A DNA stretch of 48,353 nucleotides from positions 1,137,751 to 1,186,103 of the forward strand of contig NC_068984.1 in NCBI RefSeq assembly GCF_001194135.2, given 5' to 3'. Below are positions 1 to 12,114 of this stretch, piece after piece. Numbering within the stretch: position 1 is the stretch's first letter; each line of letters starts with the position of its first letter. The position numbers and the translations under genes are program-made. Below the pieces are notes generated by a model. It was not told the origin of the DNA, made no database searches, and was given only the letters and a program-made list of their open reading frames with translations. Source of the stretch: Octopus bimaculoides (lineage: Eukaryota).

Positions 1-31
<31 letters not shown>

Positions 32-90
32 CATTGTTCAGTTTTATTTCAAGATTTCTTTCAATAGGGAAAGAGCCGGTTTCTAACCTA

Positions 91-99
91 GATCCTATG

Positions 100-133
<34 letters not shown>

Positions 134-216
134 TGTATGCATGCATGCATGCATGTATGTATGTATTTATGTATGTATGTATGTATTATATGTGTATATG
201 TATACGTATGTATATA
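91..216. repeat. (TA)/(TATG)n microsatellite tract
   Basis: Directly visible tatg/gtat tandem units. Confidence 0.95.
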
Positions 217-290
217 AATTATAGGTTTGATGATGCAAACAGGAAATCGGAACTAATACCATGAGTACATCTACGAATTTTTAAAATACT

Positions 291-421
291 CGGCGAAAGT
301 TACAGAGTGACTCAAGGGTCGGGAGTTTCGTGCGTTGCCACTTATCAAGCATTTGAATTTAATTGGACCAGCGTCAACGCACGAAACTATCGGCCCTTGA
401 GTCAATCTGTAACCTCTACCG
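291..421. mobile_element. Short palindromic MITE-like element / hairpin
   Basis: Arm 299-337 (gttacagagtgactcaagggtcgggagtttcgtgcgttg) matches the reverse complement of 375-413 with 4 mismatches in 39 bp. Weaker pairing extends to 291/421. Confidence 0.6.
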
Positions 422-450
422 ATTATTATTAATATAAAATTTCTATCAAT

Positions 451-495
<45 letters not shown>

Positions 496-1059
496 GGGGG
501 GAGAATTCACAAAAAAACAAGACGAAGACATGTGGTGTAGAAAACAAATAGATGTATTAGTATAACGCTCGGGAATTCAAAAAGGTTTTAACGTTTCGAG
601 CCTAGGCTCTTCCACAGAAAGGAACACAGAAAGAAACAGAGAGAAACAAGGAGAGAAAAAAATGTGTGTAGTGGTTAGTGATCTATCATGGCGAATATAT
701 ATATAGCACACATATACACATACACACATATACACATACACACATATACATACGCATTCACACATATACATACACACACACATACACAAACACGCACATA
801 CACATATACACAGTGATTTTTTTCTGCTTATATAAATAAAATAAGTATATATTTATTCACGTCTAGGTTCCAAGTTACACGTTTGGTATGATATGTACGG
901 TAAACAATATCGAGAATGCAAAAAAAAAAGCAAAATTAAAAATATGGGGCAAAAAATAGATGTTAAACTGCGATAGAAGAAGATTAAAAATATAAATATG
1001 TATAAAAGTACTGAAGGAAAATCTATCAATAATTTTAAGATATAATGAACAAAGAATAT

Positions 1060-1156
1060 ATGAAATATAAACATACATACATACTACATACCACATACGC
1101 ACACGCACACACGCACACATATATAGATAGATACATGTATATATGTATGTGTGTGC

Positions 1157-1191
<35 letters not shown>

Positions 1192-1314
1192 NNNNNNNNN
1201 NTATATATATATATATATATATATGCATATATATATATATGTATTACATATATATATATACACACACACATATATATACATATATATACATATTACACAC
1301 ATATACATACACAC

Positions 1315-1371
<57 letters not shown>
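1060..1371. repeat. Compound (CA/TA)n and (GATA)n microsatellites with a 10-N gap at 1192-1201
   Basis: Direct inspection. Confidence 0.95.
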
Positions 1372-1372
<1 letters not shown>

Positions 1373-1771
1373 CAAAAAATAAACATGGCAATTGTCAGTG
1401 TGAGGAAGACAAGGAGAAAGATTAATTGCAAATAAAATAAAAACAAAACGGTTGGCACTATGTAAGATTGAAGTTTCGCCACAAATGTTAGCAGAAACAC
1501 CCAAAGGCAACCAACTGGTTCTGCTAAAATATGTTATAGTAGAGAAGGTATTTCGTTAGCTCTTTGCGTTTTGTTTTTTTTTTTGGGGGGGGGGGGGTGC
1601 TTTTTTTTTAAATGATATTTGCTCTTCTATGAAAATATATATTTCTAAATCATTCGACTGTGTAATAAGTTTTTATGTTGAATAAACAAAATTTAGAAGA
1701 ATACCAAACAATCGCTAATTAAGTTTGGATAAGGCTACATTTCATACGAAAATCAATTTTTAATTATTTAG

Positions 1772-1818
1772 GTGTGGAAAAACAAATGAGAGTTCCTTAC
1801 ACAGTTTAAGTATTAAAG
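1772..1818 (+). CDS. Candidate internal exon (CGKTNESSLHSLSIK), unidentified gene
   Basis: tttag acceptor, aag|gtgaaa donor, open frame, and phase-compatible with 2888-2972. It could be a chance occurrence. Confidence 0.2.
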
Positions 1819-2887
1819 GTGAAACTTCATTGCAACTCGTTGGAGCTTCATATAGAATTGACGTGGAAAATATTGTTCGGCGTTACCCACGTTACAAAAA
1901 CACTACATCCTGAAAATCTAACCTTAACGTAAAATTCTGGAACGCGAATCTTATATTTCATTGATTTCTATATAAAATCAAAGTCAATGGAAAAATATGC
2001 CTGTGTTACGGTATTCCACGTTACAGCAACACATTCGTGAATGCAGCTCTTCTGTGACGCGTGGGATGTCTGTATGTGTTTGTATATGTTGTATTAGTGA
2101 GCTAACTTCTGGTGGAATCAACCTCGATACTCAGCAGCCGTTAACGAAAAGTTTCACTGTTAGTAATACTCCGATAAATAACACAATGAATGGTACTCTA
2201 AATAGTCAGCTGACTCGCTAGAAATAACAGTTAATTCACTCTAAAATTCAACACTAGCATCTTTAAAAGGAAGTAAGTTACAAAAAGCAATTCTAAATAT
2301 TTCTAAAATAACGGAAGGGTCATGGCGAAAATACGTCGGGCTAATAATTCTCTCGAACAAGAATGGAGTGGGCTTAAACAACAATAATTTGTTTGAAAAT
2401 GTTTTGATGTATAACTGAAGACAGAGAAGTCCTATACCTCACTAATTATAAAATAAAAAACAATTAATAACATCAGTTAATGTTCTATGTGAAGGGAATA
2501 TTTTTAAGAAATAGCCTCACTAAAACATCAGAATTCTATTTCTTCTCAGGAGACTGTAACTTATTACATTTTAGAATCATTATTTAATAGCATGGTGTCA
2601 TGTGACTGCCGAATACACTATCTAAGAAATAGATCAGTGGCGTGGTTGGATACTCATTGATAGTATTTGTCGTTTAATGATGACTGGACCGCAGTCAGGG
2701 TACACTTAACTGTGTGGTACCAACGACTGTGCCAGAGATTAACTACAGCCCAGTGTGTGGTATTAATGATTGTGCTGCAACATAACTAGAGTCCAATGCT
2801 TGATATCACATTGCCAGTCTATATTCCCGAGAGAAGAATTGTGTTCTGTATAATAAGCACAGAAGATTTATCTTTCTCCATTTCAAG

Positions 2888-2972
2888 CTATGAAACCGAA
2901 AGTAACCACTGATTCTCTTATGTCATTGGAATTTATTGAATCTGAGAACATGCTTTTAACGTGTTCTCACGA
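2888..2972 (+). CDS. Candidate internal exon (MKPKVTTDSLMSLEFIESENMLLTCSH), unidentified gene
   Basis: ctttctccatttcaag acceptor, consensus ga|gtaagt donor, only one open frame, phase 1 to 2. Confidence 0.3.
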
Positions 2973-3704
2973 GTAAGTATATATTACCAGTTACATAAGT
3001 AGCTGATATCTCATCAAGCAACCTAGGTAGGTGGTCTATGTTTTGTGTGGTCAACGTGTTGGTTAATCAATGATTAAATTAGATGAGTTGCCAACAAGGT
3101 GATTGATCGGCGAGATGAGATTAGACTATTTAATTTTTAGTTGTCCTGGCTACAACAAGATCTTCCCATCCTTTGGCATACACTTACAGGTGGGTGTACA
3201 AGGCTATTTAAGTGTGAGTTATCCAGGCCATAGACAAATCTCGGTACATATTTACAGTTAGTGGGGCTGAGCTGTTTCAATGTTAATTGTCGGGGCCACA
3301 ACAGCAGCAGTGTCAAGGGCAACTATGCTCCACCGACTCTCTTTACTTGTTACTATATCCATCTCTTCTTACACTCCACTCTATTAATCGTATTTATTTC
3401 AACAGACGAAAATGGAAGTCTGCCTCGACAGAATTTCATGTTAAAACAGAGACAAAACTTGATAATATAAAACATTTACGCTAGTGTTTTATTGTTGTCT
3501 CCACCGCTTCAGTTGCTATAAAATATTAAACCGGAAACCTAGATTGTTCTCTGCCAAAGTTAGTGTTGCCAAACACAGCGCTGAAGTAACAAAACCTGGT
3601 ATTAGATTATACGACCGCTTACTTGGACTTTCATCTCTTCGCTATTGATTTTATGTACACACACACACACACATACGTACATACATACATACATACATAT
3701 ATAC

Positions 3705-3742
<38 letters not shown>

Positions 3743-5356
3743 CAGTGGAATAAATGGCATAATTATAGAGGAATAAAATGAAACCTTGATAAGATAACAT
3801 CTGTAGTTCGGCTCCAAATATTCAATCAATTGCATTTGTATTTCGATTTGTCATAGATCGAAGCAACATGATCAACAAAAGAGAAACTATGATAAAAACC
3901 ACAACATCAACAACAACAACGACAAAGGCAAACGATGAAACAACTGTGAAAACCTCAACAGAATGACAACGAACGCAGGAACGATGACAGCAGCAAACAA
4001 AACGCCATGTTGTTTCTGTACTGAAGTTTCCATTGATCAAACATTCAAAGTCTTATAGTCTAAGTTCTCAATTTAGCTAAGGCGATGAATAACGATTTTC
4101 CAACCCACGCAGTAGATGTGTACCAGTCGTGTCCTCAGGTACTACATTTACTTGTTGTTTTGTTGTTTTATTTCAGTTTTGTACCAATGTTCAAAATTAC
4201 TTCTCTCTGCCGACCTCCAGAAAACATGAAATAAAATAAATTGTTGAGGCTGTGTGATTCGATTTTGATCGTCGGTGTATGCAAGTTCAATTAATTTCTA
4301 TTACTTATTTCTTTAGGAAAGCTCTTAATGCCACATTATTCTCCTACTTTAAAATATAGGATTTCTGTGCACAGTCGAGCAGAAAAACAATGTTTCATGT
4401 GTATCTATGGTGTGCATCGTAGAAGTTCCGAGCCAGTTGAATTGTGATGTGTTTTTAATCTCCAGGTGAAGATCTTTCAATCCACTTATGCCATTAATCT
4501 GTTTTAGGAATGGTCGAACGTTAGTCATGCTAATAAATCCAATACATCATTTTCTCAACATATTGAACCTTTGGGTGAAATAAAGCAAAAAACAAAAAAA
4601 ACGAAACAGATTTTTATCTCGGCTAAGTGTGATAAATAAAATATGAAGAATATTATACGTTATACATTGGTGAAATATTGATAATGTATTGTACATTGAT
4701 CTGATATTTATGGTTTTATTTGGGGTTTTTTTTTGTTGTTTTTTTTCTTTCGTTACTAGACACACAAAGACTTCATATTTTAAATAAAGAGGCTTCTGTA
4801 TTATTGTCATGTCCATAACAATGTGATATTCTGAAGTCCACCCAAGGGCATCACAGCGTGAAGTGACTCCAATTCAAGCTGCTTCACGTTCTTGACTAGA
4901 GTTTGCTCAACATATATTTAATATTAATGTTTGACAATACCTCCTATTTGTTGGGGTGGGGGGAATATAAGGGACTGAGTTCAGCTGAAGATGTTCTCGG
5001 TACTTATTTTGTCAACCTTGGAGCAGCTGTGGTGATGTGAGTAACTACGCAGTTTCAGGTTCGAGCTCATATTGCGTCATCTTATGATGTCGCCTTCAAC
5101 AATTACCCCAGCTCCACCAAATTGTTATGAGAGAAATTTTCTAAACAAAAGTTGTTTAGAAGCCTATAAAATGAACCGTTCCTGTTCATAGAGGTAATCT
5201 TCCACCTGGTTGAATCTAGCAAATGGTCAGGGCCCTGGGTTGCCGTTAGTAGAGTCCATTCTGTTGCCAGTTTTGTGACCGGGTTTCCATTGAAAATAAC
5301 TTTCTTCCTTCTTCCTTTCCCCCATTCTCAGACACCTTCTAAAAGGAACATTGAAT

Positions 5357-5607
5357 GCGCGTGGCTTAGTGGTTAATGTCTTACCCTCACGATCATAACA
5401 CTGTTGTTTCGATTCCCAGACCGGGTGATGCGTTGTGTTCTTCAGTAAAACATTTCATTTCACGTTGATCCAGTCCAATCAGCTGGCAAAAAGGAATAAT
5501 CCTGCGATGGACTGGCGTCCTGTCCAGGGGAAATATTGAGATCTCGGTCACGCCATAAAAACCGTGTAACCGGCTCTAAGAGTCCCGGGACTCGAGACAG
5601 AAGAAGG
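5357..5607 (+). mobile_element. tRNA-derived SINE (A/B boxes, CORE-like block, V-domain-like tail)
   Basis: A box tggcttagtgg and B box gtttcgattccc. The head aligns with the copies at 6570 and 33134. The tail contains cctgcgatggactggcgtcctgtccagggg. Confidence 0.75.
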
Positions 5608-5821
5608 ACATGAACACTCTCCTAACTCATAAAATACATTCTAAGAAAGGAAAAAAAAACGCTAGCATTTCAGTTTTGTTGATGGATTACTAACTATTGA
5701 TTCTTGGGCCAACATATAATTACTTTATTCACTCGGCCAGGTGAAATTCTCATTTATTAATTAAGTTTTAAAAAGATCTCAAGAACAAATCTCCATTACA
5801 AGGTCGATGATTGTTAAACAG

Positions 5822-5879
5822 AAAAATTAGCCAAACGTTACAGTATTTTGAACACAACTTGTTACATGAAGTTTTGCTA
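5822..5879 (+). CDS. Candidate internal exon (KISQTLQYFEHNLLHEVLL), unidentified gene
   Basis: ttgttaaacag acceptor, cta|gtgagt donor, phase 2 to 0, compatible with 2888-2972. Confidence 0.25.
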
Positions 5880-6569
5880 GTGAGTACATTAAGAAACATA
5901 ATGTTAAAGAATACTTAATAGCTTGATATCAATATTATTATCAAGACTAATATTTAGTTAGTTTAAGAGTAATTAGGACCTTTCAGTTGTCCAACAAAAC
6001 TGCCATTAACGCCATAGAAATAGGGAAGTTGAGGCAGACAGTTTGTGACAACAAGCAATAACTAAACAACGAGTTCATTCTCAGAAGACTCATTGAGAAT
6101 GTGGCAGAAATATTTCCAGTCAGTGCCACGCTATTAGATCAACCAATTTTCTTCGTTTTCCATTGAAATAGGTTTCGCTGCTTTTATCTTAAATGAGTAA
6201 GCATGATTTGGACGCTCATAAAATATGGTTTTCTATGAAATCACTAGTAATAAATAATTATCAGTCTATAATGTTTCTGTGAATATCTATCGACAGGATT
6301 CCGCAGATGGACTCAATGTTTCTATACTAATTAACAATGTTAACGTTTGGTTTTTGTTTTGTTTTAGTTTTAATAATTCAGTTGACCTTCATTGGAAAGT
6401 GAATTAACGATGAGAAAATCGTTAATGAATCATCAATGATTATTTATTCAAAAACAAGATGAGCGCTAAAAGGTAGAGATAAGATGTTTGTCGACCGAAT
6501 CGACGATCAGTGTTCGACTCTTGGTAGCAATCATTTTCTTTGATATCCTTTTATCGCGGAATTGCGAAG

Positions 6570-6838
6570 GGTTTACGTTGAATGGTGGTTGTAATATTGT
6601 ACTCAAGATCACGAGATGACGGCTTCGATTCCTGGACCGAGTGGTGCATTGTGTGCAAGGGCAAAATACTACATTTCACGTTTGTCTGCGATTGCTTTGG
6701 CATCTGATGGAACACCGTGCACCTCTACAGACAATGTAGAGCACAATTATTTGATGGTTGTAAATAAACCATTCGTACAAGTTATTCCGCAGGAAATTGC
6801 AGAACCATCCTCGGTCGTCTACAACAGGAGAGTCTATG
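6570..6838 (+). mobile_element. Diverged tRNA-derived SINE (same head as 5357, different tail)
   Basis: cttcgattcctggaccgagtggtgcattgtg...catttcacgtt resembles the 5357 head. Its tail end (gtcgtctacaacaggagagtc) recurs at about 7150-7172. Confidence 0.6.
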
Positions 6839-7439
6839 CATATCTAATATTTAATGCAAATATATACCGTAGAAAGCCTGGAAATTTGTTAATCACTGTT
6901 TTTGTATATAAATCAGTGGAAGCTTAATTTGTGTTAGCATGCGGTTTCTAAAGAATGCTTCCTATTGGTGATACTCAAAGAAGCAGAAACAGACATTTAA
7001 GAGATTTCACAACTGCTGATACTTTTTTTTGTCTGCTATTGGTGTGTTTTTTTTGTTGTTGTTGTTTTTTGTGTGTGTGTGTGTGTGTTTTCTACTTGAT
7101 TGTTATAAACAAATCGTCTTCGCAGGTTGTTCAGTCGCGGAACTCTCATCTAACGTCTACGACAGAAGAGTCCACCATTATACGATTGAAATATATAATT
7201 TATGGTGTGTGAAGAGTTGTACAGCTGTAAAAAATGATAAATGGTTTGGTAACTGTCAGTTTGGGAGAGAAAACTTAACTGCGATAGACTGGTGTTCTAT
7301 CTCGAAGAAATGGAGACTTTTTTTACTTTACCATTCATAAGTGAAACGGGAATCTGTGAAACGAAATACCTGAGCTGACCAGTTGTGGCTAAACACATGC
7401 GCATTCTCTCTCTCTCTCTCTCTCTCTCTAAAGCATTGT

Positions 7440-7750
7440 ATTTTCGACAAGTTTAATGAATGAAATGTTCTCTTTTCTTCGAATTTTTTGCCAAGGAACC
7501 TTTCGAGCACGTGCACACTTAACACAATAACATTCGGTAAACACAAACATCTGTAACTGATTTGTATTGTATTTCGTTTTAATAAAGCTTGAAAATTTAG
7601 AAAAGCAAGGAACACTCTTGAAGCGAGTAAGAAAGAACATAACAATGCGTTACTATTCGAATAAATAGATACATTCAGACAAACAGACAGACGGCTGTAG
7701 TCGAATGAAAGAAGAAAAAATAACGTTATTCTAGCAAGTGAAAACATTAA
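7440..7750 (-). mobile_element. Penelope-like element remnant (linker upstream of GIY-YIG)
   Basis: The minus ORF reads RVFLAFLNFQALLKRNTIQISYRCLCLPNV, resembling the PLE motif IFNRNTIKISYSCMPN. Confidence 0.6.
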
Positions 7751-7899
7751 TTTGCACAAATAAAAGCATTGACAACAACAACAACAACAACAACATTTGT
7801 TACTGCTATTTGCTACTGTAGAAAAACAATTACGTAGCGGCGAATCATCACTAAAATAAGTACCACTTTACCTGGGGAAATTACCAAGAGCATACATAA

Positions 7900-8800
7900 A
7901 GGTGTAAGGGGTTTTCCAATGGCCCCTAAAAGAGTTGAAGGAAATCCTAAATGATGTATGGAATCATGTTTCCTCTACTGACCGGAGAAATGCATTTAGA
8001 GTTGTTTTCAAAACTGAAGAAGTGATAAGAAAACAAGGAAAACTAGCTGGTGAGACTAAGCACATAAACCTGGTCCCCCACTCCATAGGACAGAACAACA
8101 GGAAAGTTGCAGTGAAGGAGTCCAATAGCAAATTCCACCCTACAGTACAGGTAGGTGGGAAGCGTTGAGGTGATAACAAATTATTAGTTATCGACTTAGA
8201 TTTGTATTAATATGATAAAAGCGATAAGAATAGTAGCGTAGAGCAGAAAGACCAGCTGTTACACATGTGGTAGTAAGAGCCGTCATAAGCAACTGGAAAA
8301 GCAGAGAAACAGAGAAAGGAAGCAATACCGCAGGGCATTAGTAACAAAGAAACTGCTGTTTGCAGAGTATCCTTGGTTGCAGCTCCAAGAATAGCGGAAG
8401 AAAATCGAAGCCTACGGATTCCCATTCCCGACCATAACCGGAATAAACATGGGATGCAAGGATTAATAGACCATAAAAAAAAACCAAACAACCCAAAGGA
8501 AATATGAAACCGAATGAAAAGCCAACAAAACCTGCATAGAGAAGCCTGTCTGTACAGGAAGTTCTAAAGTTCAAAGTAGTTTAAATAGTTATAGAGACAC
8601 ACATTGCCAGAATATTTAGGAACTAAAGAACAATCAGGAGACATGAGTTCTTTCTCAATCACTCAGACTCCTGAGGTGATCATGAGACTTTTCGGTATGA
8701 TCCCTTTCAATACCTGGACGCTGAGTGCACGAAAGCAGAAGACGGCAAGGATTACGGAATTGCTTGATCAAACACAGATGGTGGCTTCTCACCCATGCAT
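7900..8800 (+). mobile_element. Degenerate retroelement coding remnant, possibly Ty3/gypsy gag-protease
   Basis: Interrupted ORFs, with a degenerate zinc-knuckle-like SCYTCGSKSRH at about 8250-8290. The family assignment is uncertain. Confidence 0.3.
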
Positions 8801-8879
8801 GTATGTATACAATGACTAAAGTAAGTTTCACTTCACGTGACAAAGTCAGTTTAACAAATATAGAGTTAAACGTAATCCG

Positions 8880-9080
8880 TATACGTTCATAGCCATAGAA
8901 GAATAGTCAGCTCAGGTTACTGACAATTTCAATATTGCTCAGAATGGCACAAAGTAAATGAGACGATTTCTATAAGACTTAGGTGTACATCTTGTTCCCA
9001 TTTCCTGCCACTTATATATGGTTTACATTTTTCAACAATCCTCCAGTTGATGAACAAGTTCACACTTTGTCTTTCAGCTA
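8880..9080 (-). mobile_element. Penelope-like GIY-YIG C-terminal remnant
   Basis: The minus translation FINWRIVEKCKPYISGRKW resembles PLE I.W.ILEKCKPY..G.K.C. Confidence 0.55.
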
Positions 9081-9727
9081 CCATAGATGTAGTTTTTGCT
9101 AGTTTTAAATTTTTAACCTGAAAATAATATAACTAGTAAACTATAAAATGGTTTTTGAAATAAAATTAAATAAGCAGAAAATGTGGTTTCTGCACAACCG
9201 ATTAATTCTGTAAAACTCTTTGACATCAAAGGTATATTTGGACGCCAAATTGGAAGCATACTGTGTTCACTAACACTCCGATTAGTTCCGTCTACGAAAC
9301 TGATTAAGTCCATCCAAAATGAAACAGTGTATTCATTTTGTCTGGGCGACGAAAGCTGAGATACAGAATTTCCAGCTAAAACTTTTTTAAATTTATTTAT
9401 TTTCATATTTATTTATTTACTTCTTCCATTCCACCGTCTATTTTTTCTTTGGTTGTTTTTTCTCTTCGTTATTTTCTTTCTTACCTCTCATTTTGCTCGT
9501 TCTGATTCAAACTCTATAGCAGAACTACTGTACTTCATCTTTATTAATCTACATTTTTTTAAATGCTTAGTTTTAACCAAAATGATCGAGTATCAAGAGA
9601 ATGAATTCTTTTAGTTTTCCCCACAATCAATCTCCTCTTCTCAAAAGTTGATATAAAAGATTTTGTATATTTTCCTCGGAATACTTTTAACACAAACGAA
9701 GCTGAGGCTACTGTCTTTGTGCTCGAA

Positions 9728-10315
9728 GCAGTTCACAAGCAGCGGTCCAGTTCACAGGCAGCGGTCCAGTTCACGGGCAGCGGTCCAGTTCACAGGCAGC
9801 GGTCCAGTTCACANNNNNNNNNNNNNNNNNNNNNNNNNNNNNNNNNNNNNNNNNNNNNNNNNNNNNNNNNNNNNNNNNNNNNNNNNNNNNNNNNNNNNNN
9901 NNNNNNNNNNNNNNNNNNNNNNNNNNNNNNNNNNNNNNNNNNNNNNNNNNNNNNNNNNNNNNNNNNNNNNNNNNNNNNNNNNNNNNNNNNNNNNNNNNNN
10001 NNNNNNNNNNNNNNNNNNNNNNNNNNNNNNNNNNNNNNNNNNNNNNNNNNNNNNNNNNNNNNNNNNNNNNNNNNNNNNNNNNNNNNNNNNNNNNNNNNNN
10101 NNNNNNNNNNNNNNNNNNNNNNNNNNNNNNNNNNNNNNNNNNNNNNNNNNNNNNNNNNNNNNNNNNNNNNNNNNNNNNNNNNNNNNNNNNNNNNNNNNNN
10201 NNNNNNNNNNNNNNNNNNGGCAGCGGTCCAGTTCACAGGCAGCGGTCCAGTTCACAAGCAGCGGTCCAGTTCACAGGCAGCGGTCCAGTTCACAGGCAGC
10301 GATCCAGTTCACAGG
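9728..10315. repeat. 19-bp minisatellite (gcagcggtccagttcacag)n spanning the gap at 9814-10218
   Basis: Near-identical 19-bp units on both sides of the gap, with no spacers. Confidence 0.95.
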
Positions 10316-10454
10316 CTCAGCGATACAAGTTAGCCACGACTAATGATCTCATCCACCTTGTATGGCATTGAGCGATTTGAAACTGCATGTAGCAGGAGTC
10401 GACTTTTATGTTTGTGTGCAAATGCGCATGAAATATATCTGTGAATATGATATA

Positions 10455-10483
10455 CACACATACATACATACAGGTATGTATGT

Positions 10484-10527
<44 letters not shown>

Positions 10528-10573
10528 ACGTGTGTGTGTGTGTGTACACGTGTGTGTGTGTGTGTAAGTGTGT

Positions 10574-10636
<63 letters not shown>
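10455..10636. repeat. (TG)n microsatellite
   Basis: Direct inspection. Confidence 0.95.
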
Positions 10637-10637
<1 letters not shown>

Positions 10638-10859
10638 TACGTATATTTTCCGATGTATATCAGCGAATGATGTAAGCATAGACATAAAAACAGATTAGCC
10701 GATGTTTTCGATAAAAAATACTTTGTATGACATTTGTTTTGATCGGGTTACATAGACACACAGTCAGCTAGAAGGGCTGTTTCACAGACATTCGCAACGA
10801 GCCTACTAGTTTGGAAAATAAAAGCTATTGTAACAATTCAGAAGCATGTGTTCTTCAGC

Positions 10860-11200
10860 AAAATTTTCCAAGAATGCATTTTTGAACTCTAAACAAATAA
10901 ATTTTCAAACAGTTTCGACAAATAACTTTTACCTCAGGTGTCGAGATGTGGGTGAATATAGGATTTGAGATTATTGCGCAATGAGAGCAGCAGTTCTTTT
11001 CAATAAATATCAGCAGTCCCATTATACTTCTATATTGAACTTGATATGAACTCATAGACATTATGATCTTTGCGTTGTTGGCATCTTTACTAAATGGAAT
11101 CAAAGTTGCATCCTTACTGAATGGGATTAATATTATCATAATTGTTTCGATAATATGTAAAAGGAAACCAGACTGATTAGCAGTGTATGAATTCACGATA
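10860..11200 (-). mobile_element. Possible hAT transposase fossil
   Basis: The minus ORF ILIPFSKDAT...IMSMSSYQ resembles the Ac-type LKPF.DAT..MS motif. Weak match. Confidence 0.25.
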
Positions 11201-12114
11201 GCGTGCCAATTAGTAATATATTTAGAACGCCAGCAAATAGTTTTGTTTGTGGATTATTAATGACGGGAATTTAGAAATAACAAAAGACTGGCTTCACATG
11301 CATTTTGAATGTTAAACATAAATTAATTTATCTTTTGTTTTCAGAAAATAAAGTTTGGCAGCGTAACATTCTGTTGTTGGTTTGGAATCAAGCAGGTTTA
11401 ATTATGTTCAACATGGAAGTTTCAGACAGATCTCCATAAAAAAAAGTATGGCATTGCAGCAGAGTTAGCGGAGGAGAGACTAGACTGTGCACTTGATGGG
11501 AAAATGAAAAGAAACTGTAAGAACTTCCTTCAAGAAATTTAAATCAAATAAAACAAACGGTTTACAAATACAAAGCAAAAACTGGATTATAAGTGCTATG
11601 ATGAACAAATGAAAAAATCCAAATAGTTATAATGTTGTGTTTTGGAATTCTTTACAAGGGGAATACTTTAACCGAAAAAAACACTGTCCTAAGTAAAGTA
11701 AGAAAATCACTCGATATGTTTGCAAGGAAACGACAAATGAGACTCTCAGATAAATTGTGGGGCTGTGTAAAAGATGCGGTACCGAATGAAAAAATACCAA
11801 AGTAGATTATTAGGGATGTTAACACATTATGACACCAGAGATCCTAGAAGAATAGGGAGTAAATTGTTTAATGATGAAAAAGTTACAATACTTGAATCCC
11901 CATTTGGTCAGAAGGAAAAGGAAGTCGAAATCTCACATGTCTGAAAGCTGAGAAAAAAATGAAACACAGACTATAATATAATACATCTATTGCCACCAAT
12001 AAAATGATTCAGACAGTAAAGGCTTGAAGCTCACATCAGCCCGTTTCATTTATTCAACAATATATTTTTCTATACAAACACAATAGACTGATTCAGCCAG
12101 TAAAGTCTTTAGTC

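Noticed and set aside
2710-2800. Kazal-like YSPVCG motif
   Set aside because: It is about two copies of a ~43-bp tandem unit with stops and a frameshift.
3020-3340. Possible solo LTR (tatttaag box, GC-richer block)
   Set aside because: No TG...CA ends, target-site duplication or second copy could be identified.
5987-6118. Exon with an in-frame TAA possibly recoded by A-to-I editing
   Set aside because: There is no independent evidence that this is an exon, so the idea is speculation.
7588-7626. 39-bp + strand exon LENLEKQGTLLKR with good splice sites
   Set aside because: It lies antisense within a Penelope remnant.
9728-10315. CRISPR array
   Set aside because: The units are contiguous with no spacers, and the context is eukaryotic.
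10937-11190. NUMT (hydrophobic + frame interrupted mostly by TGA)
   Set aside because: No recognisable mitochondrial protein motif, and the minus strand fits a hAT fossil slightly better.
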